NCBI GenBank assembly: GCA_913775595.1
Contig: CAJYLB010000001.1
Location: forward strand, 558,001 to 622,000
Length of the DNA stretch: 64,000 nt
Source: an uncultured Aquiluna sp.
GTDB taxonomy: Bacteria > Actinomycetota > Actinomycetes > Actinomycetales > Microbacteriaceae
Direction: 5' to 3'
The notes beneath the pieces were generated by a model, which worked only from the letters and a program-made list of their open reading frames with translations, was not told the DNA's origin and ran no database searches. A program made the position numbers and the translations under genes. Below are positions 51,824 through 62,900 of this stretch, in pieces (the first letter of the stretch is position 1; each line of letters starts with the position of its first letter).

Positions 51824-53667
51824 GCGGTCAGTTTACCGCTGTGGCGATATCGAAGTTTCTCGTCGAAACCGAACGCGATGTGCCCCAACCTGTCAGTGCG
51901 AACCACCTCAGCCGCACTAAGCCAGCTAAGCGAAAGTGATGATTTAGCCGGATGACCATAAAGATTTGGCCCAACGGAAAAGACTAAATATTCCGACCCA
52001 AGGGCTCGATAGAGAGGGCGTGATTGATCCGCGGAGCCATGATGGGCGACCTTCGTCACCAGGACTTTGTGCCAGAGCTTTTCAATCACCTTTGGATGTC
52101 GCCGAAGAAGCCTGTCTTGCCCTTCCTCACCAAGGTCGCCCAAAAACAAAGCCGCATATTCCGGCCGCTCCAAAAGAAGCACAAGTGAGGAGTCATTACT
52201 GTCCTTGGCCTCTGATGCGGTTGCCGAGGGGGAAAGAATTTTCCACGTGAAGTCTCCAAAGGTGCCACTCAGGCCCTCGAAGCCGATGGATATTGGAACA
52301 CCTTTGCCACTGGCCACCTCTCCAACTAGCTCAACCAAGGGCCTGTCATCTTGAAAGCCAGAAACCACAATCTCTCCAAAGGAAACTTTTTCTAAGGCAA
52401 GCACTCCACCAACGTGGTCTGCATCGAAGTGGCTCAGGATCACCCTGTCCAGCTCTATGACTTCGGCTGCCTCTAAACAACTCGCAAGAGATTCGCTTGT
52501 TGGCCCAAGGTCTATGAGCATTGTCCTCCCTTGGCTACGGACCAAAGCTGCGTCGCCCTGTCCAACATCACAGAAGAAGAGTTGCCAGTCGCCAGCAAAA
52601 GTCTGGCTCCTAAAAATGTCTGTTCCTACCCACGTCAAGGCAACAATCAGCAGTCCAGACATGGACGTACCCGCTCCAACCCGAAGAGCAGGCGTCTTCG
52701 CCAGATAAAAGAGGGAGATGGCAAAAACAAACAACACTGCAAGCAAGATTCCAAATGGCCCGTCGATGAAATGTAGTCGAACAAGTGGCATCGGAGCCAG
52801 AGTCTTAGCGACCACAACAATCCAATTGCTGCCGATAGAGGCTATGAAGCCGATAGCCGCAGATAGCGGAGGAACCCAAATCGTCATAACGGCCAACAAA
52901 CCCAAAATTGTTATCGGTGCAACAAGCGGCTCAACCAAGAGGTTTGCGATCACCGAGTAAACGGGAAGCGAGGGTTGAAGGTAGAGGATTATTGGAAGCG
53001 TGTAGAGCTGGGCGGATACCGTCGCCGCTACGCCGATTGCAAGAAGTTTTGGCAGCTTTGGCTCGAGAGCCGAATACAGCTTTGGTGCCAGAAGCAAGAG
53101 CCCAGTGGTGGCCAGAGCAGAGAGGCCGAAACCCACATCCACCGAAAGTCCTGGATCAATAGCGAGTAGAAAAATGATCGCTAGGCTCAGCGAAGCCAAC
53201 GGGTTGGTGCCCCTGCCTAGCCACAAGCCCACCATGACAAAAAGTGCCATCGTCGCCGCACGAATAACAGATGACTCGGGTCCAACCAGAAGTACGTAGC
53301 AGGCCATGACGAACAGTGCGAGGCTGAATCTTAGGTTTCGCCTGATGCCCAGCTTGGCGGCAAGTAGATAAACGACACCCATAACTATGGCTAGGTTGGC
53401 GCCAGAGACCGCAACCAAGTGGGTCAAACTAAGCTGCTTCATCTCATAAGCCAGCGAATCCGAGATTGCACCGCGCTCACCTATGGTCAAACCAGCAACC
53501 AAACCGGCCGCATCGTCGGATACTCCATGTAGCAGATCCAGAAAACGTGCTCGAACACCTTTGATGAATGGAATCTCTGGATAGCTCAGTTTCAGCAAAG
53601 AACTAGCCTCTGGAGGTGCGAAGGCCCAAAGCAGCAGCCAATAGCCACCGGCGATGAAATAAATCAC
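51820..53667 (-). CDS. comEC: ComEC/Rec2 competence protein
   Basis: LTHLVAVSGAN, SVIRA, GF.LS.LAT and ANLL; C-terminal metallo-beta-lactamase domain (DVGQGDA, SHFDADHVGG, NDSS, GDL, HHGS). Confidence 0.92.
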   Translation of the reverse strand: MIYFIAGGYWLLLWAFAPPEASSLLKLSYPEIPFIKGVRARFLDLLHGVSDDAAGLVAGLTIGERGAISDSLAYEMKQLSLTHLVAVSGANLAIVMGVVYLLAAKLGIRRNLRFSLALFVMACYVLLVGPESSVIRAATMALFVMVGLWLGRGTNPLASLSLAIIFLLAIDPGLSVDVGFGLSALATTGLLLLAPKLYSALEPKLPKLLAIGVAATVSAQLYTLPIILYLQPSLPVYSVIANLLVEPLVAPITILGLLAVMTIWVPPLSAAIGFIASIGSNWIVVVAKTLAPMPLVRLHFIDGPFGILLAVLFVFAISLFYLAKTPALRVGAGTSMSGLLIVALTWVGTDIFRSQTFAGDWQLFFCDVGQGDAALVRSQGRTMLIDLGPTSESLASCLEAAEVIELDRVILSHFDADHVGGVLALEKVSFGEIVVSGFQDDRPLVELVGEVASGKGVPISIGFEGLSGTFGDFTWKILSPSATASEAKDSNDSSLVLLLERPEYAALFLGDLGEEGQDRLLRRHPKVIEKLWHKVLVTKVAHHGSADQSRPLYRALGSEYLVFSVGPNLYGHPAKSSLSLSWLSAAEVVRTDRLGHIAFGFDEKLRYRHSGKLTA

Positions 53668-54233
53668 AAAGTCAACTGGTCTCTGATTGAGGCAAGTAGC
53701 TTGCTACCGATGCCCGGAACCTGAGTTAGCTCCTCGATTGCTGAGAAGCCCCCATTTGCCTCGCGATACTTGATGATTTTTTCGCTCGTTGCAGGACCGA
53801 TGCCGCTCAGAGACTCAAAATCGGCTTGAGTGCCTCGATTCAGCGAAACCTTGCCGCCTGAATTTCCCGCAGCCATGGCCTCGATAGAAAGAACCGTTAG
53901 CTGCTCTCCGTCACTCAAGATTCTTGCGAGGTTGATGCTCTGCTGTGCGGCCTCTGCCGTTAGGCCTCCTGCGCTTTGAACCGCATCCGAGGCTCTCGAA
54001 CCAGTGGGAAGTTCATAAAGCCCGGGATGTGCAACCTCGCCAACTACATGAATGTGAATCGTAGAACTGATGGGAGCTAAAGCCTCTGGAGGCAGCAGCG
54101 GGACCGACTCTTGCTGTTCCTCTCTGCCGCTTAGCCAGACCCCGACAAGCCCGAGCATGAGCAGCACTGCGATTAGCCCACGCTTTTTCTGGCTCTCGGT
54201 TAGTTGGTTATAGCGCTCTAGTAGTGACTTCAT
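53664..54233 (-). CDS. comEA: ComEA DNA-binding competence protein
   Basis: N-terminal TM, SLBB domain (HVVGEV..PGLY.L..GSR..DAV..AGG, NLA..L.DGEQ) and HhH motifs (L.GIGP, VPGIG); start 54233 or 54248. Confidence 0.92.
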   Translation of the reverse strand: MKSLLERYNQLTESQKKRGLIAVLLMLGLVGVWLSGREEQQESVPLLPPEALAPISSTIHIHVVGEVAHPGLYELPTGSRASDAVQSAGGLTAEAAQQSINLARILSDGEQLTVLSIEAMAAGNSGGKVSLNRGTQADFESLSGIGPATSEKIIKYREANGGFSAIEELTQVPGIGSKLLASIRDQLTL

Positions 54234-54296
54234 TCCGCCATCATGCAAATGATTCCTGGCGGGCCGGCCCGGGATCAGAATGTGGTGGAGAAATGC

Positions 54297-56762
54297 CTAC
54301 TTGGTTGAAATGTTGACAAGTTTCGGGGCCCGAACGATTACGTTCTTAGCTTCCTTGCCTTCAAGAGCTCGCTTAACGGCCTCTGAGTTCATGGCCAGGG
54401 TTCTCAGTTCGTCCTCAGTGATAGAGGTCGAGACCTCAAACTTGTCCCGGAGCTTGCCGTCCACCTGAGCCACTGCTGTCAGTGTTTCTTTCACTAGTAG
54501 CGACTCATCTACTTCTCTCAGCTTCGCAAGAGCCACTGAGGGCTTATGTCCCAATAGTTCCCACATGTCTTCAGCTGTATAGGGGGCAAAGAGGCTAAGT
54601 GCCTTGGCGAGCTCCTCGGCTCCCTCGCGAACCGATGAATCGTTAGGCCCGCAACCCGAATCGATTGCCTTCCTAAGCACGTTGGTAAGTTCCATACACT
54701 TGGCAACTCCAACGTTGAACTTGAATGACTCGATCGACTCCTCAAATGTCTTTAGGAAGGAGTGGGTGGCGCTCCGCACGGTTTTGTCGCCGCTGGTTTC
54801 TTCGGCGCCAACTTTGCTTGACACATCCTTAGCGACCCTCCAAGCGCGTGCCAGGAACTTCGATGAGGCCGCTGGCGAAACATCTGCCCAATCGATGTCG
54901 TCCTCTGGAGGTCCAGCAAATGCCATGGTTAGACGAACTGCATCAACACCATGCTCGTCGAGCTGCTCACTGAGTCTTACGAGGTTGCCCCTAGATTTAC
55001 TCATAGCCTGGCCGTTCATAAGCACCATGCCCTGATTCAAGAGCCTGGTGAAAGGCTCTTCAAAATCAACCAGCTTCATGTCAAATAGCACTTTGGTGAA
55101 GAACCGTGAGTAGAGAAGATGGAGAATCGCGTGGGTCACTCCACCGACATACTGGTCAACCGGTGCCCACTCTTCTGCGGCCTCGGCGTCAAAGGCAAAC
55201 TCTTCGCTGTTCGGGCTGAGATACCTGAGGAAATACCACGAGCTGTCCACGAAGGTATCCATGGTGTCGCTGTCACGCTTGGCTGGTGAGCCACATTTTG
55301 GACAGTCAACGTTTATCCAGTCGTCGGCGGCTCCTAGAGGTGATGTTCCCTTCGGCTGGAGGTCAAGTCCCTCGGTTGGGGGTAGCTCGACAGGCAACTG
55401 ATCCTCGGGGACCTCAACCTCGCCACACTTTTCGCAGTGGACAATTGGAATAGGTGTTCCCCAGTAGCGCTGTCTGGAAATCAGCCAATCGCGTAGGCGG
55501 TAGTTCTTTGCCTTCTGTCCAGAGCCTTTTTCTTGAAGAATCTCAATTGCCTTCTCGATTGCCTCGGCCTTACGCAGCCCATTCAGGGGTCCTGAATTGA
55601 CCATCACGCCATCGCCGGTTGTTGCAGCAAATGATTTGGCGGGGTCTTCCTCGCCCGTATCAACAACCATTCGGATCTCGATACCCATCGCCTTGGCAAA
55701 CTCGATGTCTCGCTCATCATGCGCGGGGACACCCATGATTGCCCCGGTTCCATAGTCAGCTAGCACGTAGTCGGATACCCAAATCGGAAGTCGCTCGCCA
55801 TTGAGCGGATTGATTGCATACCGTTCCAGAAACACACCAGTCTTCTCGCGGTCGGTAGCAAGTCTCTCGATGTCGTTTGCCTTCTTGGTCTGCTCGAGGT
55901 AACTGTGGAATTGCATGCGGACTTCAGGAGATGATCCGGCAGCTAGCTCGCTTGCCAGATCAGAGTCGGCTGCTACAACCATGAAAGTTGCGCCAAATAG
56001 GGTGTCGGGCCTCGTGGAATAGACCTCGATTGGCTCTTGCCGTCCTTCAATTTCAAAACTCAGGTTCGCACCATAGGAGCGACCAATCCAGTTTCGCTGC
56101 ATGGTGAGAACTTTGGAGGGCCAATTGCCTTCCAGGGTCTCCAGGTCATCTAGGAGCCGGTCGGCGTAATCAGTGACCTTGAAATACCACTGGGTCAGAG
56201 CTTTCTTCGTCACCTGAGTGTCGCAGCGCTCACAAAGACCATTCACCACCTGTTCGTTAGCCAGAACTGTTTGGCAGCTTGGGCACCAATTCACATTGCT
56301 GTTCTTGCGGTAGGCGAGACCGCGCTTATAGAACTGGAGGAAAAGCCACTGGTTCCATCGGTAGTAAATGGGGTCACAAGTTTGCAAGACCCGATCCCAG
56401 TCGAAGCTACACGCATAGCGGCGCATGGAGCTTTTTTGCTGGTCGATGTTCTCGTAGGTCCAATTCCTTGGGTCAAGACCGCGCTTAATGGCCGCATTTT
56501 CGGCCGGTAGTCCGAAGGCGTCCCAACCAATTGGGTGCATGACGTTGTAGCCACGCTGAACCCAGTAGCGAGCGATTACATCACCTAAGGCATAGGCCTC
56601 AGCATGGCCCATGTGAAGATCCCCAGAGGGGTAGGGAAACATGTCCAAGACGTACTTCTTGGGCCTTGAGTCATCTGGATTGGAGGAGTCAAAAGGTTTT
56701 ATCTCATCCCAGATTGGCAACCACTTATCTTGGATTGCCGCAACACTGTATTCCTCTTGCAA
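54297..56762 (-). CDS. leuS: Leucine-tRNA ligase
   Basis: [34 protein letters not shown] and AMSKS (KMSKS-like). Confidence 0.98.
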   Translation of the reverse strand: MQEEYSVAAIQDKWLPIWDEIKPFDSSNPDDSRPKKYVLDMFPYPSGDLHMGHAEAYALGDVIARYWVQRGYNVMHPIGWDAFGLPAENAAIKRGLDPRNWTYENIDQQKSSMRRYACSFDWDRVLQTCDPIYYRWNQWLFLQFYKRGLAYRKNSNVNWCPSCQTVLANEQVVNGLCERCDTQVTKKALTQWYFKVTDYADRLLDDLETLEGNWPSKVLTMQRNWIGRSYGANLSFEIEGRQEPIEVYSTRPDTLFGATFMVVAADSDLASELAAGSSPEVRMQFHSYLEQTKKANDIERLATDREKTGVFLERYAINPLNGERLPIWVSDYVLADYGTGAIMGVPAHDERDIEFAKAMGIEIRMVVDTGEEDPAKSFAATTGDGVMVNSGPLNGLRKAEAIEKAIEILQEKGSGQKAKNYRLRDWLISRQRYWGTPIPIVHCEKCGEVEVPEDQLPVELPPTEGLDLQPKGTSPLGAADDWINVDCPKCGSPAKRDSDTMDTFVDSSWYFLRYLSPNSEEFAFDAEAAEEWAPVDQYVGGVTHAILHLLYSRFFTKVLFDMKLVDFEEPFTRLLNQGMVLMNGQAMSKSRGNLVRLSEQLDEHGVDAVRLTMAFAGPPEDDIDWADVSPAASSKFLARAWRVAKDVSSKVGAEETSGDKTVRSATHSFLKTFEESIESFKFNVGVAKCMELTNVLRKAIDSGCGPNDSSVREGAEELAKALSLFAPYTAEDMWELLGHKPSVALAKLREVDESLLVKETLTAVAQVDGKLRDKFEVSTSITEDELRTLAMNSEAVKRALEGKEAKNVIVRAPKLVNISTK

Positions 56763-56794
56763 CCTGTTTCCTTAGACGAATAGAAAGTAAAAGG

Positions 56795-58069
56795 TTACCA
56801 ACGTAGTTGGGCACCTAGTGTGCTGGCGAGTGCGGTGGCCTTCAATTGGATTTCCTCGTGCTCAGCCTCGGGCGCTGAATCTGAGGTTATTCCTCCCCCG
56901 ATTCCAATTGAAACTTTGTCGTCCTCAAAAATCGCCGTCCGGATAACCATGCCAAGCTCCATGTCCCCGTTTTGAGCAATCCAGCCGATAGCTCCTGAGT
57001 ATCCGGCTCGCTTTTCGACCTCTAACTTTTCAATAAGCTCCATTGCCCTAATCTTTGGCGCACCTGTCATCGAGCCACCAGGAAACAGCGCTGCCAGGGC
57101 ATCGAGCGATGTATTGCCTTCTGAGAGCTCTCCAGAAACGTCGCTCACCAACTGATGCACGGTGGAGTAGCTGCGAATTGCCAACAGGTTTTCGACCTGA
57201 ATGCTCTCGGGATCGCATGCTACGGACATGTCGTTCCTTATGAGATCAACAATCATCAGGTTCTCAGCGCGCTCTTTCAGATCGCTTCCAAGCTGATTCA
57301 TAAGCTCTTGATCTCGCTCAAGGTCCTCGGAGCGGCTCCTTGTGCCTTTGATCGGTGAGGAGACTATTCGCGAGCCGTGTGCAGAAATAAACAGCTCTGG
57401 TGAGATTGAGACGTAGGTGCTACCAGGGAGTCTTATGAAGCTTGCGTAGGGTGCCGGGTGCTCGCGCCTCAGCCTAAGAAAGAAGCTAAGCGGATCCCCC
57501 GTGAACTCTCCGCGTAGCTTGGTTGTGAGACAAAGCTGGTAGACATCTCCGGCTGCAATGTGGTCTTTTACCCGGCGGATCTTGGCCAGGTAATCTGCCC
57601 TGCTATCGACTGCTGCCAGCTCTGCCGATGTCGCAGCTGGTTTGGAGAGCTCATAACTTGAGCACTCGCCGCCAACTAGGGCAAGCCGCAACAGCGCAGC
57701 ACGATGCCAATCGTCAAAGGCCTCACGAGTCTCAAAATCGCCAATGAAGTACATGGCCTTGGCATCGTGGTCATAAACAAAGGCACGATCCACACTTAGC
57801 AGCTCATATTCGTTGAGATTCTGGGTAGAAGATCCGTAGTGAATAACTCCGATGTAACCAGGCCTGAAGCTAAATGGCACATCCAGCGCTTCCACGGCCA
57901 TGCTTGGCCTGAATTCCTTTGCCGGCACACCAGCGCCTATGACCGAGTAGCGAGCGGTGGGATGATGTTCGCGGTCCAGCCAGAAAGCCCCTGGAAGATG
58001 CCCAAAAAATGAGACGAACGTATCGCTCAGTGATGTCCAGGCACTAAGCCGTTCGCTAAACAGTGGCAT
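56795..58069 (-). CDS. pabB: Chorismate-binding enzyme, probably aminodeoxychorismate synthase component I
   Basis: GDVYQ, SPELF, PIKGT, KERAENLMIVDL.RND, FPGGSMTGAPK and GGGI...S...E..E; divergent from a class IV aminotransferase-like gene. Confidence 0.8.
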   Translation of the reverse strand: MPLFSERLSAWTSLSDTFVSFFGHLPGAFWLDREHHPTARYSVIGAGVPAKEFRPSMAVEALDVPFSFRPGYIGVIHYGSSTQNLNEYELLSVDRAFVYDHDAKAMYFIGDFETREAFDDWHRAALLRLALVGGECSSYELSKPAATSAELAAVDSRADYLAKIRRVKDHIAAGDVYQLCLTTKLRGEFTGDPLSFFLRLRREHPAPYASFIRLPGSTYVSISPELFISAHGSRIVSSPIKGTRSRSEDLERDQELMNQLGSDLKERAENLMIVDLIRNDMSVACDPESIQVENLLAIRSYSTVHQLVSDVSGELSEGNTSLDALAALFPGGSMTGAPKIRAMELIEKLEVEKRAGYSGAIGWIAQNGDMELGMVIRTAIFEDDKVSIGIGGGITSDSAPEAEHEEIQLKATALASTLGAQLRW

Positions 58070-58102
58070 GAGGCACCCCTTTAGCCTCGTAGTCTAGTAA
58101 TC

Positions 58103-58915
58103 GTGAGCGTTTCAGGTGATTTCTTTCAGTTCCGCTCTGGAGAGCTGAAAAGGGTCGACATTTCCCTGTCAGATTCCCTCACAGTTGCGGACAGTTGGTT
58201 GGTCTCTAAAGGCCATGCTCGTGCCCTAGAAAGACACTTTCACCGTTTTGCAAGCTCCATCGCGGACCAAAAGACCAGAAAACAACTGCCCGCTTTTTTT
58301 GCAGCTCTCGTAGGGCAGACTCCTAAAGAAGGTGAGTGGTTTCCACGCATCGAATACCGAGAGTCCCAGCCGGTGGGTGAGCGGCTCTTTCTTAGAATGC
58401 GGCCGGCCCCAGAGCGCACCGAGACCTGCACGCTATGGACCTCAGATAAGTCCGACCCTCGGGTCGCATTTGAAGTAAAGGGTCCCGACCTCTCGAGTTG
58501 CCAAGCGCTGCGACGAGCAGCAAACCTTCACGGTGCCGACGAAGCGGTAATTCTTTCCCCGTCTGGAAATATTGCTGATGGCGCATTGAGCTCCATTGTT
58601 TGGTGGCGAGGAGATGTGCTGTACGGACCAGATGGATCCACTGATTGGCTCCCGTCGATCACCCGCGAACTAGTCTTTGAAATCGCCGGCCAGGCAGGTT
58701 TTCAGACCATGGAAGATGCAGTGGCTCCAGAGAATCTTGAGGGTTGCGAGGTTTGGTCCCTGAGTGCGCTCCAGGGCATTCGCGGTGTGACCAGCTGGGG
58801 AGAGATTCCGCTTGGGGAATTGAGAATGCAGCGCTCCTTTGTAAAGCGGCTTTCGATGCTGAACCAAGAGCTTCCTACCCCAGATGAGATCTTTGAAAGT
58901 TTTGGGGATTTGTAG
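58103..58915 (+). CDS. PLP-dependent aminotransferase class IV family protein, probably aminodeoxychorismate lyase (PabC-like)
   Basis: H..RF, VKGPD (PLP lysine), ADEAVI...G...DG and LPSITR. Confidence 0.75.
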   Translation: MSVSGDFFQFRSGELKRVDISLSDSLTVADSWLVSKGHARALERHFHRFASSIADQKTRKQLPAFFAALVGQTPKEGEWFPRIEYRESQPVGERLFLRMRPAPERTETCTLWTSDKSDPRVAFEVKGPDLSSCQALRRAANLHGADEAVILSPSGNIADGALSSIVWWRGDVLYGPDGSTDWLPSITRELVFEIAGQAGFQTMEDAVAPENLEGCEVWSLSALQGIRGVTSWGEIPLGELRMQRSFVKRLSMLNQELPTPDEIFESFGDL

Positions 58916-58918
58916 CAG

Positions 58919-59620
58919 ATGTGTGGAAGGTACGTAGTCGCCAAAGAGGTTGGTGGGATAACCGAGCTTTTCGAGCTTGATGAGGTGCCAGAGGACTTCA
59001 ATCCAATTAGCTACAACATTGCTCCAACGCAGCAGGTTGGGCTCATTGTTGAGCGGGAGATAGAGGGGCTACCGTCCAGAGAGTTGCACTCAGCGAGGTG
59101 GGGCCTTATCCCCCACTGGTCCAAAGAGATGCCGGCAGCACCACTTTTCAACGCCAGGAGCGAGAGCGTTCTTGAAAAGCCGAGTTTCAAAGATGCTGCG
59201 CTAAAAAAGCGCTGCGCCATACCCGCTTCTGGGTACTTCGAGTGGCTAAGCGAAGGCGAGAAGAAGAGACCTTTCTACATTCATCCAGCCGAGGGGGTGC
59301 TTGCATTTGCCGGAATCTACTCGTGGTGGCGAGATCCCAGCAAAGACGCCAGCGACCCCGCTAGGTGGCTTCTCAGCTGTTCAGTTTTGACCAAGGCGGC
59401 CTCGCCTGCACTGAGTGAAATCCACGAGCGCAGCCCGATCTTCCTCTCCCCCGAGAACCTTGGCTCTTGGCTGGCACCCGACTACGAGACAAGTGGGGAG
59501 CTACTTGCTGCACTCAGCGCCGAGTCCGACGAGGTTGCGCAGAGTCTTGAGTTTTACGAGGTATCTGGGGCGGTGGGGAGTGTTTCAAATAACAATCCGA
59601 GCCTGATTGAGCGTGTCTAG
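58919..59620 (+). CDS. SOS response-associated peptidase (SRAP/YedK/HMCES family, abasic-site protein)
   Basis: MCGRY N-terminus (Cys2), YNIAPT, RWGLIP.W, NARSE, GYFEW and IHERSP. Confidence 0.94.
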   Translation: MCGRYVVAKEVGGITELFELDEVPEDFNPISYNIAPTQQVGLIVEREIEGLPSRELHSARWGLIPHWSKEMPAAPLFNARSESVLEKPSFKDAALKKRCAIPASGYFEWLSEGEKKRPFYIHPAEGVLAFAGIYSWWRDPSKDASDPARWLLSCSVLTKAASPALSEIHERSPIFLSPENLGSWLAPDYETSGELLAALSAESDEVAQSLEFYEVSGAVGSVSNNNPSLIERV

Positions 59621-59630
59621 CTAGCCAGTT

Positions 59631-59659
59631 TTGAAAATGTCTGGCGTTAGCCATACACT
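59631..59659 (+). promoter_or_regulatory. Promoter of the DUF6504-like/dnaE2 operon; also fits the RecA-NDp/PafBC motif
   Basis: TTGAAA-17 bp-TACACT. Nested TGTCTG-N10-TACACT is one mismatch from TGTCGG-N10-TA-N3-T. Confidence 0.65.
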
Positions 59660-59665
59660 ATTTAT

Positions 59666-59681
59666 TCGAACAAATGTTCGA
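59666..59681. promoter_or_regulatory. LexA (SOS) box
   Basis: TCGAAC-AAAT-GTTCGA, exact match to the actinobacterial consensus TCGAAC-N4-GTTCGA, at the predicted +1. Confidence 0.93.
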
Positions 59682-59701
59682 TAAATGGGCAGGGGCTAGA
59701 A

Positions 59702-59986
59702 ATGCAGGCAGAGACCCTTTCGGGTGTTGTTGTGGACCTAGATGGTGCACCGGTCTGCTTTGTATGGAGGGGAAGCGAATACCTGGTCTCCTCTAGGCCA
59801 GTCCGCTGGTATTCCAGGAGGATTTGGTGGGAAGAAACCTCCTCTGCACCCAAGGGCACTGGTGGGCCCCTGATGGAGGTTGAGATGTGGCGGCTCTGGG
59901 CCAGCTCCCAATCCTCTAGAACTCTTTTTGAACTTAGACACCTGCAGCCAGCAGACAGCTGGGAGATCTATCCGCTGGAGGACTGA
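59702..59986 (+). CDS. Small DUF6504-like protein resembling the C-terminal domain of ImuB
   Basis: G.P..F.WRG..Y.V, RW..R..WW, E.WR and FEL......W pattern; AGGGG SD; stop overlaps the dnaE2 start (TGATG). Confidence 0.75.
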   Translation: MQAETLSGVVVDLDGAPVCFVWRGSEYLVSSRPVRWYSRRIWWEETSSAPKGTGGPLMEVEMWRLWASSQSSRTLFELRHLQPADSWEIYPLED

Positions 59987-62900
59987 TGGGATTTACTCAT
60001 CTAAATCTGGCAAGCGCCTATTCGGCTCACTACGGAGTTAATCGTCCCGAGCAGCTGGCTGGTGCCGCAAAAGCCCTTGGATTTGAGGCACTCGCCATCA
60101 CAGACAGAGACGGTCTCTACGGAGCCGTAAAGCACATTGCCTCCTGCATCAAAGAGGGGCTACATCCGATAGTCGGAGTGAACCTTGAGGTGACTGAAAT
60201 GGGCCGAGTTGTGATCCTTGCTCACGGCCATAATTCCGGAAGCGGCTGGGGGCTTATTTGCAGGGCAATCTCTCGAGCACACAACTCAAGAGGCAAAGAG
60301 CGAAGACCGAGGCTTGACCTCGAAGAGCTAGCCGCAATGGTTAGAGAAAACCCAAGTTGCAGCATCTTGCTAGGACCCGAGAGCACAGTGGCAAAGAAGC
60401 TGCTTCCTAGCCCTAGCGATGCCAGAAGAGATCTTGAGTGCTGGCTAGGAGCACTCCCCCAAGCCGGGGTATTGGCAATCGAGGTGGTGAACCAGCTGAG
60501 CGAACCTGGAAGTGTGGCATCAGAGGAGCACGCCAGGGCCATGCTCACCTTGGCAGATTCCACAGGGCTTCCTGCTGTCATGACAAATGCAGCTAGGTAT
60601 TTAGAACCGGATGATGCAATCACCGCCGATGTGCTGGACTCCGCTCGGCACCTTGAGCAGCTGGGGCTCTTTACGATGCAGCCAAACGCTCAGGCCTGGA
60701 TGAAACCGGCTCCGATGATGTTCCGTCTGGCTTTGGATGTTTGCGAAGACACAAAAAGAGCGCAAAAACTAATTCAGAAGACTCAGCAGTTAGCAGAGCG
60801 CTGCCTGCTGGATGCCGAGAGTGACTGCGGCTTTGGCAGGCCAAAGACTCCTGAGCAAGAGGCTCTTGGAATTGAGGGAAACCCCTTTGAGGTGCTGTGG
60901 CAAAAAGCACACTCCGCCATCCATGAGCGCTATCCCGGTGCCAAGGCTCCCGAACTTGCCGAGATTCAGCACCGGCTATCAAAAGAGCTAATTGCAATCA
61001 ATGAGCTTGGTTTTGCCACCTACTTTCTAACCGTTGCAGATGTCGCCCAAATGATTCGGGACATGAGGATTCGCAGCGCTGCAAGGGGCTCTGGTGCCGG
61101 ATCTTTGGTCAACTACCTGCTTGGGATAAGTGGGGTTGATCCAATAGCTGAGGGTCTACTGTTCGAGCGTTTTCTTTCGACTGAAAGAAGCACGCTCCCG
61201 GACATCGACATTGATGTTGAGTCCGCCAGGAGACACGAAATCTACAAAAACATCTTTCGTCGCTATGGAGGCAAGCGGGTCACTTTGCTTTCAATGCAGT
61301 CCACCTATCGCAGTAGGGGTGCAGTTCGAGACAGCGGCATGGCCCTGGGGATCGACGATGACGAAATAGATGAGATTGCAAAGAACATTTGGAGGTTCTC
61401 GGCTAAAAGCTTTCGGGGTGCGGTTGATAGAAAGCCTGAGCTTGCAAAATTTAATAGCGACATAAAAGTAAATGACAGGCTAAACCTTCTGGTTGACATC
61501 ACCGAACGGCTAGACAGGCTTCCAAGGCACATCTCTGTTCACCCATGCGGAGTCATACTGGGAAACTCAAGCCTGCTATCGCTAACCCCAACTGAACCCA
61601 GTGGTATTGGGTTACCCATGAGCCAGTTCGACAAGGACGATATGGATCCGATGGGATTTCTCAAGCTTGATGTCTTAGGGGTCAGGATGCAAAGTGCCAT
61701 GGCCTACACCATCAGAGAAATTGCGAGGGTCAAAAAGAAGAAGGTTGACCTAGACAGCGTTGACAGAGAAGACAAGAGGGTCTTTGAGCAGATTAGGACC
61801 ACAAACACCCTTGGGATTTTTCAGATTGAAAGCCCCGGGCAACGTGAGCTAACCGGAAAACACCAGCCAACCAGGTTCAATGACCTAACCCTCCAAATAT
61901 CGCTATTCCGGCCCGGCCCAATGAAGGGCAACATGATCAAGCCATACCTAGATGGCAGGCACGGACTAATAACACCGGACTATCTCCACCCCGATCTGAG
62001 ACCGATTCTCGAAGAAAGTTACGGGGTTGTGGTCTTTCACGAACAACTCATGCGAATCATGCAGAAGATGACCGGCTGCAGCCTCGCTCAGGCTGATGAG
62101 ATGCGTCGAAAACTTAGCAAGGAGGCAAAGGCTGCCAGTGTCTCAAACTACTTCCACAAGGCGGCAGCAGCCCGCGGCTACCAAAAACAACTCATCGATA
62201 AGGTTTGGTCAATCATTGAGGGCTTTGGAAGCTTTGGTTTCTGCAAGGCACACGGCGCCGCATTTGCCCTTCCCACATATCACTCTGCCTGGCTAAAGAC
62301 CCACTACCCAACCGAGTTCATAGCGGGACTTTTGACTCATGACCCTGGAATGTACCCAAGAAGACTTCTCCTTGCAGAAGCTAGGAGGCTTGGGGTTCGG
62401 CTCCTTCCGATTGATGTGAATAGATCAACAAACGAATACCTGGTCGAGAAGGCAGCTGAGGGATTCGGGGTTCGAATGGCTCTGACCGAGATTGTTGGAA
62501 TCTCAGTACGGGAAATAGAAAGAATTATCTGCGAACAGCCCTTTAGAGACATTGCCGATTTCTACGTCAGAGCAAGGCCCGCAAGGAGAACTCTTGAAAG
62601 GCTCGCACTAATTGGTGCTTTGGATAGCCTCGCGGGGATATCTGGCGAGGATGCTCAGCACAGCCGTGGTGACCTACTTGTCCACATCAGGCAGCTCACT
62701 GCTAAACGACCTGCAGCCGAGGATAAGAACCAACTTAGCTTTGCACTCGGATCTCTAGACAACCTCCCCAAGGGAAATCCAGCACCGCCAAGGCAGGAAA
62801 AACTGGACCAAGAGCTCAAATACACAGGCATGGACATCTCAGAGCATCAGATTGAGAGATTCCAAAGAATGCTGGATGACCTGGGGGTTGTGAGGGCATC

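Noticed and set aside
54251..54276. GC-rich inverted repeat between leuS and comEA
   Set aside because: Imperfect and without a U-tract; cannot distinguish a terminator from an operator or chance
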